Positions 1 through 8,114 of a DNA stretch of 64,000 nucleotides are shown here, one piece after another. The DNA is taken from positions 35,564-99,563 of the forward strand of contig DBFVZT010000090.1 in the NCBI GenBank assembly GCA_048486575.1. The letters are read 5' to 3'. Below the pieces are notes generated by a model that was given only the letters and a program-made list of their open reading frames with translations, was not told the DNA's origin and made no database searches. The position numbers and the translations under genes are program-made. The first letter of the stretch is position 1; every line of letters begins with the position of its first letter. This DNA comes from Collinsella sp. (GTDB lineage: Bacteria; Actinomycetota; Coriobacteriia; Coriobacteriales; Coriobacteriaceae).

Positions 1-828
1 TATTCCGTTGACTCCGCCGTGGGCCTGTCGCTGATCGTCGTGCTCGGCCCCGAGCGCTTCCAACAGTTCCTCGAGGGCTTCCACGCCATCGACGAGTACT
101 TCTGCAACACGCCGCTCGAGAACAATGCCGTTGCGCTGATGGGCCTGCTCAACGTCTGGTACGTCAACTTCTTCGGTTCCAAGAGCCACGCCGTGCTGCC
201 GTACTGCCAGTACCTGCATCGTTTCCCGGCCTACCTGCAGCAGCTCACCATGGAGTCCAACGGCAAGCATGTCCGCTGGGACGGCAGCGCCGTGACCTCC
301 GACACCGGTGAGATCTTCTGGGGCGAGCCCGGCACCAACGGTCAGCACGCCTTCTACCAGCTGCTGCACCAGGGCACCGTGGTGGTCCCGGCCGATTTCA
401 TTGCCTTCGCCAATACCGCCAACCCTGCGACCGACAGCGGCCAGGACGTGCACGAGCTGTTCCTGGGCAACTTCCTGGCCCAGACCAAGGCGCTCGCCTT
501 TGGTAAGACGGCCGATGAGGTGCGCGCCGAGGGCACGCCCGAGCAGATCGTCCCGGCCCGCTGCTTTGAGGGCAACCGCCCGACGACCTCGATCTTCGGC
601 GACACGTTGACCCCGTTCGCGCTCGGCGAGCTCATCGTCCTGTACGAGCACATTACGTTTGTCGAGGGCACGGTCTGGGGCATCGACTCCTACGACCAGT
701 GGGGCGTCGAGCTGGGCAAGCAGCTTGCCAAGCAGATCACCCCGGCCTTCCACGATGACGCCGCCAAGGCCGAGCAGGACGCTTCGACCCAGGCGCTCAT
801 CGAGTTCTATCGCGCGCACCGCAAGTAG
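1..828 (+). CDS. pgi: Glucose-6-phosphate isomerase (5'-truncated by window)
   Basis: PGI motifs [35 protein letters not shown]. Confidence 0.97.
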   Translation, partial: YSVDSAVGLSLIVVLGPERFQQFLEGFHAIDEYFCNTPLENNAVALMGLLNVWYVNFFGSKSHAVLPYCQYLHRFPAYLQQLTMESNGKHVRWDGSAVTSDTGEIFWGEPGTNGQHAFYQLLHQGTVVVPADFIAFANTANPATDSGQDVHELFLGNFLAQTKALAFGKTADEVRAEGTPEQIVPARCFEGNRPTTSIFGDTLTPFALGELIVLYEHITFVEGTVWGIDSYDQWGVELGKQLAKQITPAFHDDAAKAEQDASTQALIEFYRAHRK

Positions 829-830
829 TC
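799..830 (+). repeat. Left direct repeat (attL-like): pgi 3' end
   Basis: ATCGAGTTCTATCGCGCGCACCGCAAGTAGTC matches 4303-4334 at 29/32 positions. Confidence 0.85.
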
Positions 831-860
831 GCTGCTGTTAACGCATCGCGTCTTATAGTC

Positions 861-896
861 AGGGGCCCGTATCCTATCGGATGCGGGCCCCTTTGC
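861..896 (+). terminator. pgi intrinsic terminator
   Basis: AGGGGCCCGTATCC-tatc-GGATGCGGGCCCCT followed by TTG. Confidence 0.8.
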
Positions 897-969
897 TTTG
901 CCGTGGTCCCGGGGCGCACGGCCTTTGTGGAACATCGCCGGGGCGCCGCGCGCTGCGAGAACCCTGTGC

Positions 970-2274
970 CTAGATCTCGGCCTCCGCATGGCCTCGCTGC
1001 GCCTCGGGCAGCTCCCCGTAGAGCGGATGGTCTTCGAGCCTAAAGCGCTCGACCTGTTCGGGAGTGCGACCGCGTACAAAGAGCCACGAGCGATCAATCG
1101 GCGTCGCCATGAGCGTGCTGGGCAGCGCGTCGGCGCGGTCGGAAAACACCCGGGCACTCTCGGGATCCTGGAACGCCAGCACCAGATGCGTGTCGCAGTT
1201 GCCCATGATGGAGCGTGCGCGTGCCTCGCCATAGAGCGCATCGAGCTGGTTGGTCGACTGCAGCAGCAGCGTTGCCCAGATGTTGCGGCTTCGGATAATC
1301 GAGAGCACGTTGTCGATCTGGGGGATCTGCAGATTTGCGAAGTCATCGAGCATAAAGCGCACGGGCACGGGCAGACTGCCGTCGGGCTGCCTATCGGCCT
1401 CACGAATGAGGCCCATAAACGCCTGCGAAATAAAGAGGCCGGTCAGCGGATCGAGATTGCGGTCAATATCGCTCACGGTTACAAACAGGGCGCGGGGGGT
1501 GTGTCCCATGGAAGCGAAGTCCACCTGATGGCACTCACGATAGAGCTGTGCCGCACCGTCGAATCCCAGACACATGACCTTTTCGGCAAGGATGCCGACG
1601 ATGCTCGCGTGCATGCGCTCGGCATTTTGCGTAATGGCGTAGCGCCGCCATAGCGAGAGGGCATAGCTTTGGGGGTCGGTCGTGATCAGGTCGTCGAACA
1701 ATCGACCCGTGGCACCGTCCTGCAGGTGCTCGATCAGCTTGATGACCGAGCTGATCGTCTGCTCGTCGGCGGGTAGCTGTTCGGTGACGTAGGCGATAAG
1801 ACACGACAGCAGGTTTGCCGCCGCATGATCCCAAAAAGGCTGGTTGTTGTCCTCGATGGGGCAGATGGCCTTTGCCACCGAGAGGATGTCCTGCTGGTTG
1901 GGCCTGCCGTCCGCCTTGCGGCGAATGTGCCTCAGGGGGTTGTAGCCGCAGCGCTCGATGCCGGGCGCAGGGGCCGGGACGGTGTTGAGGTCGGCGAAGT
2001 TGAGACATTGCACGCGGTAACCGTGGGCTGCCAGCACGGGTCCCACTTCGCGACAGAGCGTGCCTTTGGTGTCGAGCACGATGTAGCTTGCGTTCATTTG
2101 CAGCAGGTTGGGCTTGAGGACGTTTCGGGTCTTGCCGGCTCCCGAGGGGCCGATCACAAGTGCGTTGTTGTTGAGTCCCGTTTGGCGGGTGTCGCAGGAA
2201 AGCGTTCGATCCTTGGCGAGGATGGTGGACGATGCGGACTCAGATGCGGCGAGGCGGCTGGCGAGGTTAGACAT
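970..2274 (-). CDS. VirD4/TraG-like type IV coupling protein family ATPase, no N-terminal TM segments (434 aa)
   Basis: Walker A GPSGAGKT, VLKPNLLQ, DTKGTL, YNPL, PFWD, Walker B FMLDDFANL, RSRNI..LLQS..QL..LYG, IMGNCDT; start ATG 2274 has AAGGAGG RBS and overlaps the clpP stop. Confidence 0.85.
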   Translation of the reverse strand: MSNLASRLAASESASSTILAKDRTLSCDTRQTGLNNNALVIGPSGAGKTRNVLKPNLLQMNASYIVLDTKGTLCREVGPVLAAHGYRVQCLNFADLNTVPAPAPGIERCGYNPLRHIRRKADGRPNQQDILSVAKAICPIEDNNQPFWDHAAANLLSCLIAYVTEQLPADEQTISSVIKLIEHLQDGATGRLFDDLITTDPQSYALSLWRRYAITQNAERMHASIVGILAEKVMCLGFDGAAQLYRECHQVDFASMGHTPRALFVTVSDIDRNLDPLTGLFISQAFMGLIREADRQPDGSLPVPVRFMLDDFANLQIPQIDNVLSIIRSRNIWATLLLQSTNQLDALYGEARARSIMGNCDTHLVLAFQDPESARVFSDRADALPSTLMATPIDRSWLFVRGRTPEQVERFRLEDHPLYGELPEAQRGHAEAEI

Positions 2275-2884
2275 GGGCGACCTCCTTGGTGGTCGAGAGG
2301 ATTTCGTGGGCAAAGCCGAGCTCGACGGCGCGCTCGGCCGAAAGGTAGGTGTCTTTTGCAGTGAGGGACTGGATGCGCTTGGGCGTGAGGCCGCTGCGGT
2401 CCGAGAGGATTTGCGTGAGGGTCTTGCGGGTCTGCATGAGACGCCGGCTGGTTTCCTGCAGCGCAAGTGCCGAGCCGCCTGCCCCCTGGGGGATCAGCGG
2501 GTCGTGAATCATGAGCTCTGCATGGGGCGCCATACGGCGATCGTCGCCGCCCATAAAGATCACGGCGCCCATGGACGCGGCGAATTCCAGGCAGACGGTG
2601 CGGATGGGGCACGATGCGAGGCGCATGGCGTCATAGATCGCAAGACCCGATCGCACGCTTCCGCCGGCGCTGGCGACAAATATGGTGATGGGGCGGCTGG
2701 GGTCGGTGGCATCGAGCAGGCGGATCTGCTGGCATAGGTCGTGGGCCATCGGGGTTTCGATGTTTCCCATGACGGAGAGCTCGCGACGGGCGAGCATCTC
2801 ATCGTAAATGCTGGTGAGCGTGATACCTCGGGCGGATTCACGCATGGTGAGGGGGCTGATGATGGGGGAGTGATTGGTGTCCAT
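2267..2884 (-). CDS. clpP: ClpP-family serine protease
   Basis: SAGGSV, AASMGA (Ser), MIHDP (His), KDTYLSAERAVELG (Asp); AAGGAG RBS. Confidence 0.92.
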   Translation of the reverse strand: MDTNHSPIISPLTMRESARGITLTSIYDEMLARRELSVMGNIETPMAHDLCQQIRLLDATDPSRPITIFVASAGGSVRSGLAIYDAMRLASCPIRTVCLEFAASMGAVIFMGGDDRRMAPHAELMIHDPLIPQGAGGSALALQETSRRLMQTRKTLTQILSDRSGLTPKRIQSLTAKDTYLSAERAVELGFAHEILSTTKEVAHV

Positions 2885-2947
2885 GAGGACTCCTTTCTGT
2901 TGGTTGTGTTGTGGAATAGGATTGTTGCCCGCGGAGGGGCTGGCGGG

Positions 2948-3838
2948 CTACAGGGTTCGTCCGAGCCTGAGATCGAGCTCGGTTGTGGGGCAGACTGCCT
3001 GTTCGTGCGGCTCGCAAGCGCCAAGGGCTCCAAAGCGATAGAGCGTTGCGGCGGGCGTGGTGTAGGCGAGCCGCAGCTGATGCTCGACAGGGGCACATCC
3101 GTCATTTTTGTAATGAGCCGCGTAGTACTGCGCGATGCTGGCGTTCATCTCGCTGCCATTGCGATGGCGCTCAAACTGGCGTCTGCAGGTCTCGATGATC
3201 TTTGCTACCGACTTGGGTGCCGTCGCGGGAACAAGGGCGAGATAGCCCTCAAATAGCTCGTTGATGCTCAGGAGGCACAGCAGGTCGATCAGCGTCCTTA
3301 TGGCTGCTCCCTCGGCGGAAAAGTGCGCGGTCATGCGGTTATATCGGTTGCGGTCGACGATGGCCGCATGGGGTCTTGGAGTTTTCTGCCCCGTGGTCCC
3401 GGGCTTTTGCCGCGCCTGTGTATTGAGCTCGACGTTGCAGCGCTTGAGGCCGTCCAACGGAAGGAACAGTGCGGTGCGCAGGGTGTTCCGCTTGCTTTCG
3501 AGTTCATGACGCTCGTCGGGTTCCCATTCGAGCTTGAGTTTCGTGTCGAACGCCGTAAGCATATGGGCTAGGCAGCCTACGGTAAGAACGTACGAATCGT
3601 TGTCGCGTTTTGGGGCATAGGGGTCTGTCAGCTTGCGAATGTCGGGGTCGCCCATGATCTTTGTGCAGCGCTTCAGCAGTTGAGGGTGGTCGGCCAAGAT
3701 CGTCGCGAGCGGTAGCGACGCGTAGTTCTTGATGGTCGCGGCGGCAAAGGCAGCGTCATATTCGTTTGCATATGCTCGCTCAATGCGGGCATCCAGAATG
3801 CTTTTCTTATCGCCGTCTTCAGCGTGGTGGTTTGTCAT
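2948..3838 (-). CDS. Hypothetical protein (~296 aa)
   Basis: Long ORF co-oriented with clpP; ATG 3838 preceded by GGAGAAG; no family recognised. Confidence 0.7.
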   Translation of the reverse strand: MTNHHAEDGDKKSILDARIERAYANEYDAAFAAATIKNYASLPLATILADHPQLLKRCTKIMGDPDIRKLTDPYAPKRDNDSYVLTVGCLAHMLTAFDTKLKLEWEPDERHELESKRNTLRTALFLPLDGLKRCNVELNTQARQKPGTTGQKTPRPHAAIVDRNRYNRMTAHFSAEGAAIRTLIDLLCLLSINELFEGYLALVPATAPKSVAKIIETCRRQFERHRNGSEMNASIAQYYAAHYKNDGCAPVEHQLRLAYTTPAATLYRFGALGACEPHEQAVCPTTELDLRLGRTL

Positions 3839-3885
3839 AGCTTCTCCAATCGGTTGATGTTCGTGCTGTTTGTTGATGTGTTGGT

Positions 3886-3921
3886 TGTCGTGAGTGATGT
3901 GCTTGCCGTGGGTGATGTGCT
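3886..3921. repeat. 18-bp tandem repeat, 2 copies, with degenerate TGATGT cores upstream
   Basis: TGTCGTGAGTGATGTGCT / TGCCGTGGGTGATGTGCT (16/18). Confidence 0.65.
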
Positions 3922-4302
3922 GACGTTGGGGTGCTATGCGGTTTTCAATGAGCCCGTGAGGCAGTTGCTGCAGGGGCGGGATGGAACGGCCCATGCAAGG
4001 CGGAAGGCATCGTGCTCAAAATCGAGACAGCAATGCCCTGGGTGCCCCACATGTGGCAGTTACCTCATTAAGTTGTCATTGTGTTTGGGGCTGTACTTTG
4101 CCGATCTTCTTTCTCTTACACGCTAAAAACTGAAACTTCATATGCTCGATCTACTTAAAACCGCAACGGCGGTCTTTTATCAACTTATATGTCGGAACGT
4201 GGCTTTGCAAGTACTTTTTTGCGTTTGTTTCAAATGGGGTGGTTTTGCAACCGTCACGCGCCACGCTATGCGAACGTGCCCCGGCTCGGATAAGATGGTG
4301 CG

Positions 4303-4334
4303 ATCGAGTTCTACCGCGCTCACTGCAAGTAGTC
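4303..4334 (+). repeat. Right direct repeat (attR-like): displaced pgi 3' end
   Basis: Reads IEFYRAHCK* versus IEFYRAHRK* in pgi. Confidence 0.85.
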
Positions 4335-4361
4335 TTTGTTGCTGAGATAGGTCACGGCCGA

Positions 4362-4395
4362 AAGGGGCCCGTATCCCAACAGATACGGGCCCCTT
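4362..4395 (+). terminator. Second copy of the pgi terminator hairpin
   Basis: AAGGGGCCCGTATC-ccaaca-GATACGGGCCCCTT, same stem as 861-892. Confidence 0.75.
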
Positions 4396-4612
4396 GCTAT
4401 TTAAATGGGCATGAGGGTGTATTGAGGGGGGATGTCTTGCTGTCGGCATCCGCGTGCGGTGCCATTCGCTGTCCGTAAATTATACGTTTACGGCTAATTT
4501 CATACCACTTGTCGGAATGCGGACGCTGTCCTTGCATGCCGGGCGTACATTGAACGTGGTTTTTCGCGTGAAGCCACGAATCGGTTGTCAGTCCTGAACA
4601 AGGAGGCCCAGC

Positions 4613-5287
4613 ATGACGCTTGCCAAACCCATCAACAAATACATCGACTATATCGATGCCCCCGAGGACACGTTTGAGCAATATGTCGAGAAGGCGTTAA
4701 AGTACAACTTTCGCTGCGTATTTGCGAACCTGCAGGAGTACGAGACGGGCCGCGCCATGCTCGAGGACTCTGACATCATCCTTGCCGGCGCTATCGACTT
4801 TCCCCAGGGCACTATGGCGCTCGAGGAGAAGCTTGCGAGGTTTGAGGAATACGCTGCGTGTGGCTTTACCGAGATTGACTACGTTTTGAATCAGGGGTCG
4901 ATCGAGAACCGCGATTTTGATGCCATCGAGCGCGAGATGACTACCATTGCTGATTTTTGTCGCGCGCATGGCATCACTGACAAGGTAATCGTCGAGATGT
5001 GCAAGCTGGACGGCGACGACGCCGCCAAGCGCCGTGTATGCGAGATCGCGCTGGAGGCCAAGCCGGGATTCCTTAAGACATCGACCGGCAGAAGCTTTGG
5101 CGGTGCTAAGCTCGAGGACGTGCGGCTGATGCACGAGGTGCTCGGCGATGCCGTGGCAATCAAGGCGGCGGGCGGTATCCATAATTACGAAGAGGCTTGC
5201 GCATTCATCGAGGCCGGCGCCAGCGCGTTAGGTGCATCGGCGGGCATCGCGATCGTCGAGGGCGCACCGACGGATGAGCGTCGCTAG
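4613..5287 (+). CDS. deoC: Deoxyribose-phosphate aldolase-like class I aldolase
   Basis: DFPQG, EIDYVLN, KVIVE, LKTSTG, IKAAGGI; AGGAGG RBS. Confidence 0.85.
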   Translation: MTLAKPINKYIDYIDAPEDTFEQYVEKALKYNFRCVFANLQEYETGRAMLEDSDIILAGAIDFPQGTMALEEKLARFEEYAACGFTEIDYVLNQGSIENRDFDAIEREMTTIADFCRAHGITDKVIVEMCKLDGDDAAKRRVCEIALEAKPGFLKTSTGRSFGGAKLEDVRLMHEVLGDAVAIKAAGGIHNYEEACAFIEAGASALGASAGIAIVEGAPTDERR

Positions 5288-5436
5288 CAGACGTATTTGA
5301 CCTGAGCGATAAAGCTTCACGACCACACGCCGTTCATGTTCGAGACAATATGACTTTTTGCCCGTTGTAAACGGAGTCGCGATGGGTGTTCTGTATGATT
5401 GCTCAGACAAGGTTGTTCAATGACAGGGAGGCATAT

Positions 5437-6279
5437 ATGGCAATCAAAGCCATCGCGATGGATATCGACGGTACGCTCACCAACGATCAGAAAGTGATTA
5501 GCCCGCGTACGCGCGAGAAGCTGCTCGCGGCGCAGGAGTCGGGCATTAAGCTCATTTTGGCTTCGGGCCGTCCCGCATGGGGGCTCCACGCCTTGGCGCA
5601 GGAGCTCGACCTCCAAAACCATGACGGTCTGCTAGTTGCCTTTAACGGCGCACACGTCGTCGATGCCCAGACCGACGAGGTACTGTTCGATCAGGCTATG
5701 CCTGCCGACGAATTGCATCGCCTGATTGATCACCTGCGTAATTTTGACGTGATCCCTATGATTTCGCTCGGTCGCGATTTGCACGTCGAGGACTCGTACC
5801 ATTGCATGATCACGCTGCCTGACGGCTCGCAGAAGAATATCGTCAAGTATGAGCGCGACGCGTGCGATCTTAAGATTCGCGAGGTGGAGAGCCTGCATGA
5901 GGTCGCTGATGCTTATCCCGTGGACAAGCTGCTGACGGCGGGCGATCCGGCCTACCTGCAGGCGCATTACGAGGAGATGTATGCGCCCTTTAAGCAGACG
6001 CTTTCGGGCATGTTTACGGCCGACTGGTACTTTGAGTACACGGCGCCCGGTATCGACAAGGCCCGCGCACTCGAGGGTGCCCTGCCCAAGCTCGGCATCG
6101 ATGCCAGTGAGGTCGTATCGTTTGGCGACGGCCAGAACGACAAGTCCATGATTGAGTGGGCCGGCACCGGTGTTGCCATGGGTAACGCCGTCGAAGAGGT
6201 TAAGGCTGTAGCCCAGATGGTGACCGCCAATAACAACGAAGACGGTATTGCGGTGGCGCTGGATAAGCTGCTGGGTTAG
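5437..6279 (+). CDS. Cof-type HAD-IIB phosphatase
   Basis: DIDGTL, ASGR, FGDGQND, AMGNA. Confidence 0.9.
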   Translation: MAIKAIAMDIDGTLTNDQKVISPRTREKLLAAQESGIKLILASGRPAWGLHALAQELDLQNHDGLLVAFNGAHVVDAQTDEVLFDQAMPADELHRLIDHLRNFDVIPMISLGRDLHVEDSYHCMITLPDGSQKNIVKYERDACDLKIREVESLHEVADAYPVDKLLTAGDPAYLQAHYEEMYAPFKQTLSGMFTADWYFEYTAPGIDKARALEGALPKLGIDASEVVSFGDGQNDKSMIEWAGTGVAMGNAVEEVKAVAQMVTANNNEDGIAVALDKLLG

Positions 6280-6342
6280 AATCGCCGATAATGCATGGTT
6301 TGGGCGCCTGCTTACAGGCGCCCTTTTGTTAGGGAGGGTGCC

Positions 6343-7002
6343 GTGTCCGCATTTCCGTTCGATGCCGTTATCTTTGACATGGACGGCGTCATTGTCGATA
6401 CCGAGTATTACTACCTGGGCGAGACTGCCGCGTTTGCCAAGGAGCTTGGGCTTAATCTGACTCAAGAGGAGTTGAATGGGCAGGTCGGTACCTCGCATCA
6501 GCTCTTCCTGCATATGCTGGTCGATTGGTTTGAGCGCGCCGGTAAGGGGCACTTCACTGGCGAGGAAGCGTTGGCCCGTTGGGACGAGTGGGCGCATGAG
6601 CGTCCGCGCGACTATCAGGCTTTGATTAACCCAGGCGCCGTGGATACGATTCGAGAGCTGCCGCGCCGTGGCGTTCGCGTGGCGCTTGCCAGCTCGTCTC
6701 CCATGGTTAGCATCGAGGAAGTGCTCAACGCATGCGGGCTGTCGGATGCCTTTGAGTATGTGGTGAGCGGCGAGCAGTTTAAGGAGAGCAAGCCCGAGCC
6801 CGACATCTACCTGCATGCGCTGGACCTGCTGGGGCTGCCCGCGAATCGCTGCTGCTGCGTTGAGGATTCGGTGCCTGGCATCACTGCCGGCAAGCGAGCC
6901 GGCCTGACAGTTATTGCCAAGCGCGAGGAGCGCTTTGGCTTTAGCCAGGATGCCGCGGACAAGATTATCGACCAGCTGCCGGAGCTGCTCACGCTTTCTT
7001 AG
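6343..7002 (+). CDS. HAD-IA family phosphatase (beta-phosphoglucomutase-like)
   Basis: FDMDGVIVDTE, KPEPDIY, VEDS; GTG start after GGGAGG. Confidence 0.88.
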   Translation: MSAFPFDAVIFDMDGVIVDTEYYYLGETAAFAKELGLNLTQEELNGQVGTSHQLFLHMLVDWFERAGKGHFTGEEALARWDEWAHERPRDYQALINPGAVDTIRELPRRGVRVALASSSPMVSIEEVLNACGLSDAFEYVVSGEQFKESKPEPDIYLHALDLLGLPANRCCCVEDSVPGITAGKRAGLTVIAKREERFGFSQDAADKIIDQLPELLTLS

Positions 7003-7085
7003 GAGCGCGGTAGTTGCGCGTTTTTCGGGTCAGATGAGTAAATACCCGACATTTTGGTGCGGCAGCAAGCATACTTTATGCTAAT

Positions 7086-7126
7086 GCGGGCTTAAGGGCT
7101 TGTTGAATGCCCTTAAGCCCGCTTTT
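7086..7126 (+). terminator. Intrinsic terminator
   Basis: 14-bp perfect stem GCGGGCTTAAGGGC plus TTTT. Confidence 0.75.
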
Positions 7127-7152
7127 GACTTAATTGGGCTGGGAGAGGGTAT

Positions 7153-7896
7153 ATGCCACCGACTGAAGGACTAACTGACGGTAAAGCAGCGATACCGCTG
7201 TACCAACAGGTTATCGATATCATTAAAAACGAAATCAATTCCGGTGCCTACAAGGCGGGCGCGCGGATACCCAACGAATTCGAATTGGCTGAGAACTATA
7301 AAGTTGGCCGCGTTACCGTGCGACGCGCTATTGAGGAGCTCGTCCAGCAGGGCTATCTAACGAAGCGGCAGGGGAAAGGCACGTTTGTCAATGCCCCCAA
7401 GCTTAAGCGCAAGATTCGCCAGAAGGATGACGTCCAGAGTTTTTCGGACGCATGCCGCGTTAACGGAATGGAGCCGGGGGCGTGCGTCATTTCGAGAAAG
7501 ATACTGCCGGCAGATTCTACCGAAGCGCAGTTCTTTGGTGTTCCCGTTGGAACTGATTTGATTTGCGTTGAGCGTGTACGTACTGCCGATGGAGTCCCCG
7601 TCATGCTCGAGAACAACATATACGTTTACGAGGACAACGCCTATCTATCAACGGCACCTCTATCTAACCAATCCATTTTTGAGTTCGTGCGCAACCGAAC
7701 GGGCCGCACGCCCGCGTTTACCGACCCGTGCACGCTCGAGATCGCGTGCGCGTCGCCCGAGGTCGCTCGGCTGTTGGCAGTTCCCGTTGGCGAACCCTTG
7801 TTTTATATGGAAGCCTTCTTTTTCGATGAGCAGCGGCGGCCGTTTATCATCGGTCGTCAGCGGATCGTTGGGTCTCGCTACGTTTTTGACATCTAG
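7153..7896 (+). CDS. GntR/HutC-family regulator with UTRA domain (FrlR-like)
   Basis: PLYQQV..IPNEFELA..VGRVTVRRAI..QGKGTFV; context of frl genes. Confidence 0.92.
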   Translation: MPPTEGLTDGKAAIPLYQQVIDIIKNEINSGAYKAGARIPNEFELAENYKVGRVTVRRAIEELVQQGYLTKRQGKGTFVNAPKLKRKIRQKDDVQSFSDACRVNGMEPGACVISRKILPADSTEAQFFGVPVGTDLICVERVRTADGVPVMLENNIYVYEDNAYLSTAPLSNQSIFEFVRNRTGRTPAFTDPCTLEIACASPEVARLLAVPVGEPLFYMEAFFFDEQRRPFIIGRQRIVGSRYVFDI

Positions 7897-7906
7897 GACA
7901 TTGCGA

Positions 7907-7946
7907 ATGGAAACGCCCGGTGGATCATCTCACCGGGCGTTTCCAT
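7907..7946 (+). terminator. 16-bp perfect inverted repeat after the regulator
   Basis: ATGGAAACGCCCGGTG / CACCGGGCGTTTCCAT. Confidence 0.65.
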
Positions 7947-8006
7947 ACCGTTCACGGCGCGAACACAACCGTTCAACCGCGTTGCGGCAACCAGTTTGAA
8001 ATTATC

Positions 8007-8054
8007 TTGATGAAGGAAAAAGCTGCTGGTAATCTATGGGACGTCATAGAACGT
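8007..8054 (+). promoter_or_regulatory. Sigma-70 promoter with a GntR/HutC-type operator over +1
   Basis: TTGATG-17nt-(TGg)TAATCT, then ACGTCATAGAACGT, which fits GT-N2-TA-N2-AC. Confidence 0.7.
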
Positions 8055-8114
8055 TTGCCTTATGCAAACGTTGAAGCGAGATGCGATGCAGTCTCGAGTT
8101 CTTTGGAGGTATCT

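Larger units (their letters stand above)
799..4334. mobile_element. Genomic islet inserted at the pgi 3' end, no integrase
   Basis: Flanking 32-bp direct repeats with duplicated terminator; minus-strand cargo includes a VirD4/TraG-like gene. Confidence 0.75.

Noticed and set aside
970..2466. 498-aa version of the VirD4-like ORF
   Set aside because: The extension overlaps clpP out of frame; the RBS-supported start is 2274.
2267..2884. ClpP as a prophage head-maturation protease
   Set aside because: No portal, terminase or capsid genes nearby.
799..4334. Complete ICE or IME
   Set aside because: No integrase, relaxase or mating-pair genes are present.
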